A DNA stretch of 64,000 nucleotides from Paraspadella gotoi (GCA_051294375.1 CM119268.1:18120005-18184004); one strand, 5' to 3'. Shown: positions 41,038 to 55,335, counted from the first letter of the stretch. Translations and numbers: made by a program. The notes: generated from the letters alone by a model not told the origin.

Positions 41038-41713
41038 CAAATAAAACTTTAAAAATGAGAGTTTCATGGAACCAAAGAAAGAAACTAAATAAAAAAAAGA
41101 AATTGTGGGGAGAAGCGTCACTTTGCCTTTTTTTGGGAGGGAAATTCCAGATCGCTTTGAAAAGAGAAGGAAACATTCGACAAAAGATAATAAAAAATAA
41201 AAGAAGGAAAAGGCAAAATAAAGAAAGAAAGCTTCACCTTTGGAGAAGCAAGCTGGGATAAGAGGAGAGTAAACGAGATGTGAGAGCGAGAGACGGAATG
41301 AGACAGACACTTTCGTTTTTTTTATTCACGTTTTCTTCTCGCTGAAAAAGTGGATCGAATTTCGTGAAGACGCAAACAAGTTGAGTCGTTGACACAAATT
41401 TGAAAGAGAGAGAGAGAGGAGAGAGAGAAAGAGAGAGAGAGAGAGAGAAGAAGAGAGGAGAAGAGAGAGAGAGAGAGAGAGAAGAGAGAAAGAAAGAAAT
41501 AACAAAGAACCTAATAATTTTCTGAAGAAATTGTGAAAAGTTTGACATTGTTAGCAAACTACCAATTGGGTGAGTCGATGTTTAATTCATGATTTTAAAC
41601 AACAGTGTTAGAGTTAACGCACATCTGATTTTCTTCTCGCGCATTGTTTAGTGCATGAACGCATTATAGAATTTTCTCTTCGCGGCACGGATTCATGTAT
41701 CGACGTTTTTGCT

Positions 41714-41747
<34 letters not shown>

Positions 41748-41758
41748 AGAGAGAGAGA

Positions 41759-41802
<44 letters not shown>

Positions 41803-42625
41803 NNNNNNNNNNNNNNNNNNNNNNNNNGAGAGAGAGAGCAAGCTTTCTCCGTCCCCACGCGACCGAATCTCTGAGTTCGCCCCGCTACGACGCGTGCTAA
41901 AACTCGGTATCTGGTCCCCTTCCCCTCAGGGGGAAAAACCTTTGGGGAAGGGGATTGAGAAAAGGGTGAGAGGGGAAGGGGAGAAGATTCGGGTGAGGGT
42001 CTGATTGCGGAGGTGGGGAAAATTGAGGTAATGTAGAGGTTAAGAACAAAGGGAGTGAGAGGATGAGCTAATTTAAACTTTCTTAATGAACTTTTTTTTA
42101 AAGTTGACAATTATAGTATTGAAATTTTAAAAAAACATTTTTTTTACGTCACAAAAAGTTTACTATTCTCTTCGTTTGGTGAAGTTTTAGAAAAAAAAGT
42201 TGAGCCTCTTGAACTGATTTTCAAGTGGACGACGAACGAAAACCATAAGTTTATGATGGATAATTGTGGAAGAAATATGGCGATGAAGTAGAGGATAAAA
42301 GAAAGAAGAAAAGAAAAGTTAGTCGAGAGAAAAAGAAACAAAAAGTAAAAGAGGTTAAAAGAAGAAAAAGTGAAAATATGAAAAAAGAAAGGATCCAAAG
42401 ACCGAATGTTGGGTCGAGGGCCGCCTAATTTTGACGAAGAAAGAGTGATTAATGAAAGGAAAGGTCGACCACATAGAATATGCCGAGATGCTGCACCGTG
42501 TATGAGATGCGGTGCGTGGGCCGTCCTGCTGAAACGAGGGGGGCGTGGCTTATGATGCCGAAATGCCTTAATTATCCAATCGTCCTGACGAGCTGTCCCG
42601 AATTTAAGGAATAGAAAAGACCCTG

Positions 42626-42691
<66 letters not shown>

Positions 42692-43297
42692 CCCACGGGG
42701 TTGGGCTTCTCTGTTGGGCTCTACGGCCCGAGGGGCAAAGTCCATTTAGGGTTCGTGGGGATTCCTCGCACGTTTCAAAATTCGAGTTTAATTTTTGTCG
42801 ACGCGTTTAAAAAAAAAAATGATATTCCTGCAATAATTGTTAATATTTAGGGTATAACTAAGAGTGATAGATAATTCCTAAGATATATAATTAAATCAAA
42901 GAAATATTTTATGCTTTATTTAGGTATCTTTGTATTTTATCTTAAATTAAGGTTGTCAAATTTGGACCTCATTTACATATTTCAATGACAAAATGACTCT
43001 CGTCGACTGAACGAAGTCAAAACATATTCGCTTTCCCATCGAAATTCATCTTATTTGTCTCTGTCTCTGTCCTCCTCTTCTCCCCGTCTCTGTCTCTGTC
43101 CTCGTCTCGTGAAAAAAAAAAAGAAAAGCGCCATGGATCTCGAGGAAAGAATAACCCCGGGGGGAGAGGAGGTCACGAGAGGTCGTTGACAACGAGATCG
43201 ATGACATTAGTGACAGCAATGAGAGAGACAGAGACAGGGAAGATCGATGACAAAGGACGAGGGTTTATGTCGCCGATGGAGATAGTGGACAAACAAT

Positions 43298-43362
<65 letters not shown>

Positions 43363-43494
43363 ATTTTCCGTCTTCCTTAGGTTTTCCTTTCTGTTTATTT
43401 ACATCTTATTAAAACAGAAGAAAAAGCAAAACAAACAAAAAGCGATCCCTTAAGAGAATGGATGAATAACTCGGTGAAATGGAAAGGCAAGGTC

Positions 43495-43588
<94 letters not shown>

Positions 43589-43787
43589 AAGAGCGAATGA
43601 GGAAAAACTGCTTTTGCTGTCAGATATGTTGTGTTTACATAAAGTAAAAAACCTTCTTTGATTTGTTTGACAGTTTTTCTTTTTTTAAAAAAGACATTGT
43701 AAGTTTATACATTCTCGACATTGAAAAAAGGCTGTTGTTTTCATTCTGTCGCTGACATATTTATGAACTGAAAGAGAGAGAGAGAGA

Positions 43788-43845
<58 letters not shown>

Positions 43846-43996
43846 AGAGTTCCCCCTTTTTTTGCATTGTTACTTCATCGATGAAGGAAAGAGATAATTC
43901 GGAAAATGGACAAAAAAATCCAAAAACTTTTTCCCCCCATTTTTGTCTCTTGAGGGTAGAGGTAGAGAAAAAAAGAAAGAAAGAGAGAAAGAAAGA

Positions 43997-44031
<35 letters not shown>

Positions 44032-44032
44032 C

Positions 44033-44067
<35 letters not shown>

Positions 44068-45294
44068 AGAGAGAAAGAAGAAAAGGCAGCACTCATTAGA
44101 TAAGTGATCAAAGACAACGAGACCACCCAGTGTTCGGTCGCGCTGGGTAAGTAGGGTGTGAGTGATGAAAAGATTGAGTGATTGAACATTAATTTTTTTG
44201 GTCTGCCTAATGGACAATATAATTAATAATTTAAATCCTTTAATAAATTTAGCATAACAGTATAAGCAAATATTCAATTATTTATGTAGTATATATCCTT
44301 TATAAATCTGTCAAATTTTAAAATATTTTTTTTATTTTTAAAGGAACTGATTTGGATCGGCTGTAAAAAACTAAGAAAACTTTATATAATATATGTTATA
44401 TGATATTTTAATGGTTTTAAGAACACAAAATGAACTATAAACGTTTAATCATATACAAGTTTCTATACAGAGAAATTAAAAAAGTCGTAGATAATTTTTT
44501 ACCGCTTTTTCTTAATTTTAAAACATTGATAGATGACAAGAATTTTGATAACATGTTTTATATTTTTGATTCATACTTTTTTTTTGAAGAATCTGATTCT
44601 TTTATTAAAAGTTTCATTAAAATTAATTTTTAAAATTTAACAATTTTTATAAGGATAATTACTACAAAATACCTATTATATTTTACTATTCTGTTCCCGA
44701 GATAATATGAAACAAAATATTTTTTGTACTAGTTAATCATAACTATCTCAACATCTAAATATCAATTGTTCGATCATTCAATAAATTTCTTTGTTCTTGA
44801 GATGTCTTCCACTCTACTGGGTAGGTCTACGCTAAGGTGGGCGAGTGGACAACCTCGTTTGACAAGGCGGAGATATTAACGACTCGGAATATTAATCGAT
44901 TCCTACCTGGCGATAAAATGAGGAAATTTGATATTGGAAGTGAGACGAGAGAGAAATTGACTTACAGCGGTTTGCAAACTATGAGATTGATAAATTCGAA
45001 TAAAAAAAGATTAATTTTACTAATATTCCGAGAAAATCAGTTGACAATTATCTATATATTAATTTTAAGATTTTTCTTCCGAGGTTTTCTTTTAAAGTTA
45101 TGTTTTTTTAATTTTTAATTTAAAAGAAGTTTCTTCAGAAGATATTTCCTGCCCAGGCCATCTCGGATTTTTCTGCATCCGCGCGATTAAGTGTGAAAAA
45201 ACCGAGAAATTTCGTTTTAAGTAAAGAAGAAAGTTTAAACACGAAGTTGAGAAGGATAAACTAAACTTAAGCTCCCCTGCTTTTTTTTTCCCAG

Positions 45295-45297
45295 GAG
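45295..45297 (+). other. Candidate 3-nt microexon (GAG) or recursive splice site
   Basis: ctaaac..ccccTGCtttttttttcccAG|GAG|GTGAGT, with a second strong donor GTAAGT at 45314. Confidence 0.4.
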
Positions 45298-46429
45298 GTG
45301 AGTAAAGTGAAAGGTAAGTTCATCTCACTCTCGTTCTGTGTGGCTCAATTTTCAAAATCCTTTTGGCGTCTCTTGCCGTGACGTCATAGTCGGCGTTGGT
45401 GTCATCGTCTTGTCGGGGTTTTCGTCCGTCATTGTCATCCATCGTCGTCTCGTTGTTGTCAACTTGTCAGCGTTGTTCTTTTTTTCCCGTTTATTTACTT
45501 TTACTACGACTCGTTACTTTAATGAATCTTTTATTATTATTATTTTTTATTATTATTATTTTTGTTTCAGTGAGCGTTGATTTTTGAACTTAGGACAGGG
45601 AAAGAGAGAGTTTAACAAAGAGAAAGAATGTGCCAAAATTTAAATCGCCCCCAAAAGGGCAGAAAAACAAAAACCCGAAAAATTCCAAGAGATTTTCAAA
45701 TTCAGTTCTTCCCCCAAAACAATTCTCCAGAATTAAACCGTGGGCGAAGAAAAAGTTGAAAAACAATCGTGACTTTTTTGCGCCAAAAAAAATATATTTT
45801 TGCAAGAAGGCTGACGAGAACCAAAACCGGGAATTCTTGACATTCAGAAATCGGTCGGGGTGACCCTATTCGGAACCTAATGAAATAACATATTGGAGGG
45901 TATCAAAGAATACTCATCGGACTTAGCTATCAAAATTGTCAGTTTTTTTTCATTTAACAGTGACAAAGAAAACAGAATTACTGTTTATAGCAAGTGAAGA
46001 ACGAAGTTAAAAAAAAATGCAGATTGCAGAAAACTAAACTAAAATTTGAAATTGGGGAAAATTTACTTTTCTAAAACGTAATTTTTTTTGTTTCAAGGCA
46101 ATGGATAAAATAGGCAAGATAGCTTATTTATTAAATGATTGGATAATTTTTTTATTGGTAGTACCAATTTCATAATTGTGATTTCTTATTTGTTGAGCAT
46201 ATAGCGACGCAAAACAGGACTTTCGTAAAAAGAAAATCAAAATAGGAAGACAAAAAAAAACCGAAAAGAAAAACAAAACTGGGTTAGGAATCGAGGGTCG
46301 AGACTCAAACCCAACACCGATAAAGAATAACAATGGCTTTTGTCCCTCGGAGCTAAGCCGATCCTAAGCCCGAGGCATCTCCCTCGAAAAAAATAATTAC
46401 AATAATCGAGAGAAGGATTCGGGAAAGGG

Positions 46430-46630
46430 GAACGAACTCGACGAACGAACGAACGAACGAACGAACGAAGGAACGAACGAAGCGAACGAACGAACGAACG
46501 AAACGAACGAACGACGTAGAACGAACGAACGAACGAACGAACGAACGAACGAACGAAGGAACGAACAAACGAACGAACGAACGAACGAACGAACGAACGA
46601 ACGAACGAAGACGAACGAACGAACGAACGA
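46430..46630. repeat. (GAAC)n microsatellite, followed by (GAAA)n/(GAA)n at ~46790-46945
   Basis: Direct reading. It recurs at 54294-54328, where block B copy 2 begins. Confidence 0.95.
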
Positions 46631-47515
46631 AAAAGAACAAATGAGCAGACGGAAAAAAAGACGTCGCGTCCAATTTCCCACAGAAGGAAAAGTTTTATGA
46701 AGTGATCTTCGAACTTTTGTAAGAGGTCAAGGGTTGTAAGAGGCTTGTTTTTTGAGAAGGCAAGCATCCGGATACAACGCAAGCAAGAGAGAGGAAGAAA
46801 GAACGAAAGAAAGAAAGAAAGAAAGAAAGAGAGAAAGAAAGAAAGAAAGAAAAAAGAAAGAAAGAAGAAAGAGTAGAGAAGAGAAAAGAAGAAAGAAAGA
46901 AGAAAGAAAGAAAGAAAAGAAAGAAAGAAAGAAAAGAAGATAGAAGAAAAGGATAGATAGATGCCGTTGCAAGGGCGGGAAATTTCAAACAAAAGGCGAG
47001 AAGGGGGGGGGAAAGATTTTTCGTGAATGGAAGGAGGCCGAATAAAAAAGAGAAATCAGAGGAATGAAAACAAGAGGTGAGAGATCTCATCGAGAGAAAA
47101 CAAAGGAGAGAAAGAAACGAGATTGTTTCGAAGAAACGGGAGACTAATTGGGGACGGATCGCGGAGCGTAGTAGTGACTAATTGGGGACAGATCGCGAGC
47201 AGGTAGTCAGCGGGACGGGATCGGAATGGGTTGCGGCGACCAGCGGGATGATCGGGTCACCTGGGTGACCTCAGGAGGTAAAATGCTTTGGTCAAGTAGC
47301 TGAAGAGAGAAGGAATGTCGATTCGTATGGTTGTTTTTACTAAATAAACAGCTATATCAATAGATTATTTTTTTTCCCACCGAAATTGAATAAACTATTC
47401 AAATTATTTGTTGCACAGCGTAAAGTTTAAAACTTTAAAAAGGTCAAAAATTTCGTCGAATCGAGAAAAACAAATAAACATCAAAGTTTATATTCGTGTC
47501 GATCGATGAAGATCT

Positions 47516-47552
<37 letters not shown>

Positions 47553-47575
47553 TCTCCTCTCTTCTCTCTCTCTCA

Positions 47576-47630
<55 letters not shown>

Positions 47631-50600
47631 CTCTCTCTCGTCTCTTCTACTCTCTTGTGCCATTGAAAAAAAATAATGAAAATAGTCAATAATCATAATA
47701 TCTTATATTTTTGGCAATTTTTTTTTTTAAATTTTAATCTGAAGTAATTTCAAACTAACCATGAACGATGAAGATGACGACAACGACGATGCCGAAGTTA
47801 TTTAGGCGAAGTTTTCAGAAAAAATTCCTTTGGTGAATTTTTTTTTCGAAATCTTTCAGTTTCCCTCGTACTTTTTTTTTTAAATCCTTGAATATTTTTT
47901 TTGTTCAAAAAACGAGTCAGATACAAAGCGTAATCCTATCGAGTTTCGCCAACTCACACGCCTTTAGCGTCTCGTCCCTCGAGGAAAAACGGAAATTCAA
48001 ACATTTTTTTTTAAGAAAAACTTTTTCGAATTAAAAAATATCAAATTTTATAAAAAAATTTTTGTTCCGTAAAAAGGGTTCAAGTTTTTTCTTTTGTGAA
48101 AATATTTTTTAAACTTTTCACTTTTTAATTTTTGTTCGTTTAAACAAAATTTAAATTTAAAATTTAATTTCTTTGATTATTTAAATATTTTTTAAAATAG
48201 CTTCCGTTGAAGTTATGTCAGAAATTGTTGAAAACGGTTTAGTAGATTGTCGTTGATAATTACGAATTAATTCCATGCCTTTATTACATTTCTTTATTTA
48301 TAGTTTCTATCCCAGTTATTTTTCCGCAAAAATAAAACTGTTGGCGGAAAAGAGAATAGAAGGAGAGAGAGAAAGAGAGAAGAGAGAAGAAAGAAGGTAA
48401 AAACTCTTTACTCGGATTTTCGCTGCGAAAGAGAGCGTGAAGACGCGAAAAGAGATGTTGGAAGAGAGGAAGGCACTCTCTCCTGTTGGATGAGAGGAGG
48501 AGGAGGAGGGAGGAGGATGAGGAGGAGAGAAGGAGGAGGAAAGAGAGAGAATAAGCGGGAAAGGATGAGGAAGAGGAGGATGGTGATCCACTTTGAGATG
48601 GAACTTTTTTTATTTCGCTGTTGCTGGTTCCAACGAGATGAACAGGAGGAGGAGGAGGAGGAGGAAGGATGAGGAGGAGAAGGAGATGAGGAGGAGGAGG
48701 AGGAGGAAGAGAACATATTGAGGAAGAATAGGATGACGCCAGGGAAAAACAATAACAACGACAACTACGTCATTCGTCTCCTTTGCTGCGCCAAGGATTT
48801 TGAAAAGGGGAGAATGACCCTAAGTTAGGGTTGGTCTCAAAGGCTTTTAGCCACGCCTACTGAAAAAAAGGTTTGCGACTTGGAAAAGATTGAGAAAAAG
48901 AGTCTTTGGATTATTCCTTCCTTTGGCTACAAGTAAGACATACTATACAAAAATATATAATTTCATGTATTATGAAAACGGAATTTTGATCAATGACACG
49001 ATAACTGAAGAGAGAACAGTGTAAGCTCAGATTAATATAAAAATGGCATTTAAATATTTAACGTTAATTTATTTTTCTGGAGCCTAAATGAGAGTTTTCC
49101 TATTTTGATTTTTTTTTTTTTTGGTTCTTAAAAGTTTGAAAACGCCCCTAGTAAAAAGAAGTAAAAGTAAAAGCTCCCAGCTGTTTAATGAGAGACAGAG
49201 AGAAAAAGAGAGAGAGGAGTTGGTGAGACAGATCGAATGAAAGAAAATTACAAAAAGTTAAGAAAGAGATAGAAATGAGTAAAAAGAGTATTTAAAGAAG
49301 AAAGAAAGCAAAAAAAGAAAAGAATAAAGAAAGAAAGAATGAAAAAAAAAGAAACAAAAAAAGAAAAAAAGGAACAAAAGATATCCGCCAATCAATCTGT
49401 ATCATTTAAGCCAATACATAACTTTTTATTAGTATTGCCCACCAACAAACGAATCCGCCCTTTAGGCAACTGCGTCATTAAACATAACAAGTTTAAAAGT
49501 TTGTCCACAGAAATGCAATCAAAACAAAGTCGAAGCTCAAACTTCAAGACGTGAAATCAAAAGCTTCCTTCTCAAATCGGAATCTTTCTGACGCCCATGT
49601 CCCCCCTCTCTACTCCACCTCCCCCTCCCCCCTCCCGGTCACTCCGTTCAAACGTCCCGAGTTCGCGCCTTCTCACCCCCGGTTGCCCCTTTCTATCGTC
49701 AATCGTCACCGACTTCGAATCAAGACAATTTTTTCGCTCGAAATCCCGCGTGATGATCAAAAATCGTTGCCACGCCCACTTCCGGTGCGTAACGATCGAA
49801 TCTGACTCCGGTTTTATTTTGTCCGTCAATTAATCGTCACTCGCGTGTCGTGATCGTTCTGTCGAGTCTTATACGTCCGCCTTCATTACAGCATTGTTAT
49901 TCAAATGTTGCATTTCTCTCTCTCTCTCTCTCTGTCCTCTCTCTCTCTCTCTTCTCTCCACTCCTTCTTTTCTCTCGATGCCCTCCTCTCCTTTTGACGA
50001 GCGCGATAAAACAAGATCCCAAGAAATCCTTGGAAAAACTCCTTGTGTTATCCGGGGTTGGAAAAATTCATTGGTTTTGAACGAAGTTGGCTTGTGAAAA
50101 GAGTCAAAAAAATCAGGAAGAAAAGGAAAATACAAGAATTAAAATGTTATTTTTTCATTAAAAATTAGTAAAATAACAATTTCGATATCCACTTCGTACC
50201 AAGTTTCGACGAAATTAGTAAGATTTTTTTTAGCTTGCTATCGTTTGAATTTGATTTTTTGGGGAGCATACTATAAAAAGCGTATTTTGTAAAAGAAGGG
50301 AAAAATATGTCTCTAATAATAGTTTTATGAATACGTAAATGAGGTGTTTTTATTCATTTCAAGTAAATGATACAGATTGATGCACAAATACATAAACAGC
50401 AAATATAATAAACAAAATAAGTTCAGACAAAACTTGTGTATTTGTTAACACAAAGGTTCGCCAAAAATTGTGAAAGTCTTTGTGTTGTGATTGTATAGAT
50501 GTCGGGGTAATCTAATGAATCTCTAAGGGTTCGTATGCTTTGCCATCTGTTCCATTAAAACATTTCTCTTGCATTAGGTATATATTTACTTCCAATGCGA

Positions 50601-53600
50601 GTGTGAGCCTTTTGTTTCTTTCTTCGATCAACAAGTTTTGTCGATGAAGGATCGTCTCTCACGATTGAAGAAAATAATTAAACAAAATAGCTTTAAATGT
50701 TAGAAAAGTTATTATCATTGTAGACTCTCGTTTTCGTTTTATTAATTTTAATAATAGAATTAAACTGAGGCAAACCTTCAGTCTAAACCAATCAGTCAAT
50801 TTAAAATATTCGTCTCACCCTCTCAAATTATTTTTCAAATTCACATTTAAAAAAAAAATTCATTATTATATTGGGTAATTGTTGTAGCATTCTCCTGAAA
50901 AAAAATTTCACAATATGAGAATTAATAGTAGACCTGGTTTGGAAAACAAAAGTAGAAAGAAGACTTGATAAAACGTTCGAAAAACTGAAAGGTGAGGTCG
51001 GGATTTTGGCAGACGCAATGTGCAAGACAAAAGAAAACAACGCAAGAGAAAAGATTTCAAGAAAACAGCAAGAATATCCAGTTCGTAAATAAAGACAGAA
51101 AACAAACGAAGCCAGTGGGGGGAGAAAAATGGGGGCAAGAGGCCGAAGTACGATAACCTGATTAAATTCCCCGCAAATTTCGTAGAAAGCCCGTTTTTTT
51201 TTTTTTTTTTCGATTTTCGTCAGATTCGAAACCGAGTCAAAACTTTTTCTCTTTTCTCCGAAACTTGATTGCGATAAATTTCGCCCGTAAACCGGTTTTC
51301 GTCTTAGCTTCGTCTCCCTCCCGGCTCTCCCTCTCGTATATACGCGAGCTTGAAAGCCACAAACACTTTCTGACTCGTGTCTCTCTCTCATTTTTTTTTT
51401 AGCGAAATACAAAGAAATTAGAAAAAGGACGGCGACGCCCTTGTTCGAGGAATGCTTAGAGGAAAAACAAAGAAATAACTTTGACGACAACGACGGAACA
51501 TTTAGCGTTTAGAATTGTCCAAAGAAAACATTCTTTCAGTTTCCATGCCTTTCCGTAGCGTCCTTTGCAAACGCTTAGTTTTCATTGCTACCTATTTGTA
51601 TATTTTACAATTTACACAGACTAATAAAGATGGCGTGAGTGGCGTGAGTTGGACAAGCAACCGATACACAAGTTACTAAATTAACTTGATAGCAGTGTGA
51701 GCTATGTCTGCAACATCCAGTCAGGACAACTCCACGGTCATACTTTCCGCCTTTCCGTCCACCATGCCGTCTTCAATCCTTTGCCGACCAAACGTCGGGT
51801 TCGTCGGCAAACGCCGACGAGAAACTTCTTCTCCCGATCAGAGGCATCGACTCTCATCCCTTGGATTCGATGGAACTCGGGTAAGTGGAAGAGTGATATG
51901 GATGATTGGGATGATTTGGGATGAACTCACTTTTGGGTCACGCATTTGAGTGATCAATACGAGTCAGAAAAGGTGTTTTGCCTATGTTGTAATGGAAGTG
52001 ACTGCAATAAATTGTTAAATGACACGTAACTATTCCTAATTCTTTTCCCAGCCTCCGAGCCTTCCGTCGCCTAAGCGGACCCAGCGCCCTAACGAAAACC
52101 CTCTGCGGCGTCCGGCGCCGGAAGGTCGGCACCTCAACCACGGGTTCTTCCGGATCTCAAAGCGGCGCCGAGATTTCGTCTCGGCTCCGGATTCGTTCGC
52201 CGCCGTTCTCAGACGGCGTCGGTCTCTTGTGGGGAGGATACACAAAAGAGGTCCGTTTTTGAACTTTTGTAATTAAATTGTAACATTGAATAAATTAAAT
52301 AAATAGCAAGGTAGCGGAGTACTTGTTCATTTAAAATGAGATTGAGTTCTTCGATCTCATTTAAAATATTGTAGAAGTGGTTACAAATCGCATAAATAGC
52401 ATCATAAAATGTTATTAATCTCACTAAACTATATACAAACAAATAGATTTTATCCCTAACAAATTTATTTACAGGGGACCTTCTCTCCCTTCATCCGCCT
52501 TCCGCTCCTCCTACAACCTCCTCTTCTTCTTCACCTCCTCCTCTTCTCTCCTTCATTTTCGCTCTTCTCAACTTCTTTCTGACGACAACAACAACGACTC
52601 CGACCAACTTACCGGCGTCATATCCGGGGCGACGCTAATCGTCGGCGCCATTTGCACGGCGTCGTCTTTGCCGACGAAGTTAAAAACAGCGCCGGTTGGG
52701 CCGTCGTCGCCGGCCGCTTCCTCCGTGGGCGGCGCTCTTATACTTGCACGCCTAACCCATCGGACCAACGATGGGCATCTCTTGGATGCCTCAACTGCGC
52801 CGTCATGGGGGCGTCGATGGTCGTCGACTCTGAGTCGGAGAAAGAGAGAGAGGAGAGCCGCAGCAAGAAGCCGGTTTCCGGCCGCCGCGCCGGGACGGCA
52901 GTCTCCGTGCCGCGGCCCGCCGACGTCCGTCCTGCATCTTCGCCTCGAATCCCGGCGTCGAGAATTGCGGGCGCGTTTCGGCGACCGGCGCCGTTCCGCC
53001 GCCACAAGTAACGCCGCCCACGGCTGCGTCGACGGAAAGCTAGTTTACATCTTCGGGCGCGTCGTATTTGATGACGAACGACGAAGAAGATGGAAAGAAG
53101 AAGAAAATACGCCTCTGGCGCCAAAACCACACCCACCACGCCATCTTATACTCTCGACGCTCTGGCCAGTTCCGCGACTCTATCCAGTGGGCGCGGTCGC
53201 GACGGCGCGCGACGGACATCGGGCTGGACTCACGAAGGAAAAGCTCTATTTCTTTCGGTGGGAAAGGTCCCTCGACCCGGTGGGAATGGAAACGACAACA
53301 ACAACGGACGACGACGACGATGACTTTGCCCCTCCGGCGCCAAGATTCTCGAGGGCGGCGATTGGACGCCGTGGCGTTCCATACCCGGCGCCTTCTGCCT
53401 GCAATCAGCTTGTTGAGATTCGACCCGGCGTCTCGCTGCTTCGACCTCGTTAAAGGTCCGGGACGACGCCGGCGCGCGGGTCGATTGCGGCGTCGCCAAA
53501 GTCAAGGGGCCGCGTTTTTCATTCACGGTGGCGTTTGTGACGATCTGGCGACGAAGGACGTTTCACGGCGTTGACTTGGGGACAGAGGCGTGGAAGCTCA

Positions 53601-53712
53601 TCAAGGTGGAGTTTCGAAGGGCGGGACGCAAGGATGCAGGCTACATTTAGGAACATAAAATCTTCTTTGATGATACATGGATAATCTATGTAATAAAAAA
53701 ATAAGTCCATAT
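46600..53712 (+). repeat. Redundant block B, copy 1
   Basis: Colinear with 54294-61170. The copies diverge after 'aagtccatat'. Confidence 0.94.
51704..53605 (+). pseudogene. Second, error-rich and 3'-incomplete copy of the kelch gene (exons 51704-51880, 52052-52250, 52475-~53605); probably an assembly or allelic duplicate
   Basis: Same sequence and splice sites as 59177-61065 but with more frameshifts. The last exon is absent. Confidence 0.7.
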
Positions 53713-54830
53713 GACACAATGAAAAATAACGTGCGAAACGGTCTCGTGCTGATTTGTCCCTTTAAAATCGTTCTCTGAGCCAAATTAATTGATCACTACT
53801 TTTGGTAATATGTGCGATATACACTACTGGACATACCTGTATCTGACCATAAACCCTTGACCATCAACAAAAAAGCTAACTAGATCAAAATAGTAAAAAA
53901 GATGAAGCAATATAGCTCGAAACGCTTACAAATTTTAAACCATTGCTTTTATAAATGCAAAAAAAATATTAATATTATTAAAACAAAACTTTAACGATAA
54001 CCTAATAGTTAACCGAGACCAAGATGAATATTTTTTACCCATCATTTCTTCAATTTATATGAATCATTTGTTTGTAATTAGTCAATTAATCTAAATACAA
54101 TATGACAATTCATTTTCAATTTTCTTTATGAATGGGAGTTTTCTCTGCTTACTCCCCTTGTGTCTAATTATTTAATATTTTAAAGGTATTTTCAAAAACC
54201 TTATATAATTACTATATTTTTCACTTTTTTTCAATTCTTTAAAACAAAACAACATTATAAAAACATTTNNNNNNNNNNNNNNNNNNNNNNNNNCGAACGA
54301 ACGAACGAACGAACGAACGAACGAACGAAAAAAGGAACAAATGAGCAGACGAAAAAAAAGACGTCGCTCCAATTTCCCACAGAAGGAAAAGTTTTATGAA
54401 GTGATCTTCGGAACTTTTGTAAGAGGTCAAGGGTTGTAAGAGGCTTGTTTTTGAGAGGCAAGCATCCGGATACAACGCAAGCAAGAGAGAGGAAGAAAGA
54501 ACGAAAGAAAGAAAGAAGAAAGAAGAGAAGAAAGAAAGAAAGAAAGAAAGAAAGAAGAGAAGAAAGAGAAAGAAGAAGAAGAGAAAGAAGAAAGAAAGAA
54601 GAAAGAAAGAAAGAAAGAAAAGAAAAGAAAGAAAGAAGAAAAGAAAGAAGATAGATAGATGCCGTTGCAAGGGCGGGAATTTCAAACAAAAGGCGAGAGG
54701 GGGGGGGAAAGATTTTTCGTGAATGGAGGAGGCGAATAAAAAAGAAATCAGAGGAATGAAAACAGAGGTGAGAGATCTCATCGAGAGAAAACAAAGGAGA
54801 GAAAGAAACGAGATTGTTTCGAAGAAACGG

Positions 54831-54898
54831 GAGACTAATTGGGGACGGATCGCGGAGCGTAGTAGAGACTAATTGGGGACAGATCGCGGAGCGTAGTC
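54831..54898 (+). repeat. 34-bp tandem direct repeat x2 (also ~47140-47208)
   Basis: gagactaattggggac(g/a)gatcgcggagcgtagt(a/c) occurs twice. Confidence 0.85.
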
Positions 54899-55203
54899 AG
54901 CGGGACGGGATCGGGAATGGTGTGCGGCGACCAGCGGGATGATCGGGTCACCTGGGTGACCTCAGGAGGTCAATGCTTTGGGTCAAGTAGCTGAAGAGAG
55001 AGGAATGTTCGATTCGATATGGTTGTTTTTACTAAAATGAAACAGCTATATTCAATGAGATATTTTTTTCCCACCGAAATTGAATAAACTATTCAAATTA
55101 TTTGTTGCAGAGCGTAAAGTTTAAACTTTAAAGGTCAAAAAGTTTTCGTCGAATCGAGAAAAACAAATAAACATCAAAGTTTATATTCGTCGATCGATGA
55201 AGA

Positions 55204-55335
<132 letters not shown>

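Larger units (their letters stand above)
39028..41715 (+). repeat. ~1.1-kb tandem unit, about three copies (first one internally deleted)
   Basis: 'cgacgactttttttgaggagaaaagggaaacgcg' starts at ~39028, ~39545 and ~40657. 40502-40630 matches ~41590-41715. 25-N gaps lie at 40477 and 41803. Confidence 0.88.

Noticed and set aside
47140-47208. 34-bp repeats as a CRISPR-like array
   Set aside because: Two abutting units, no spacers, no cas genes, eukaryotic context.
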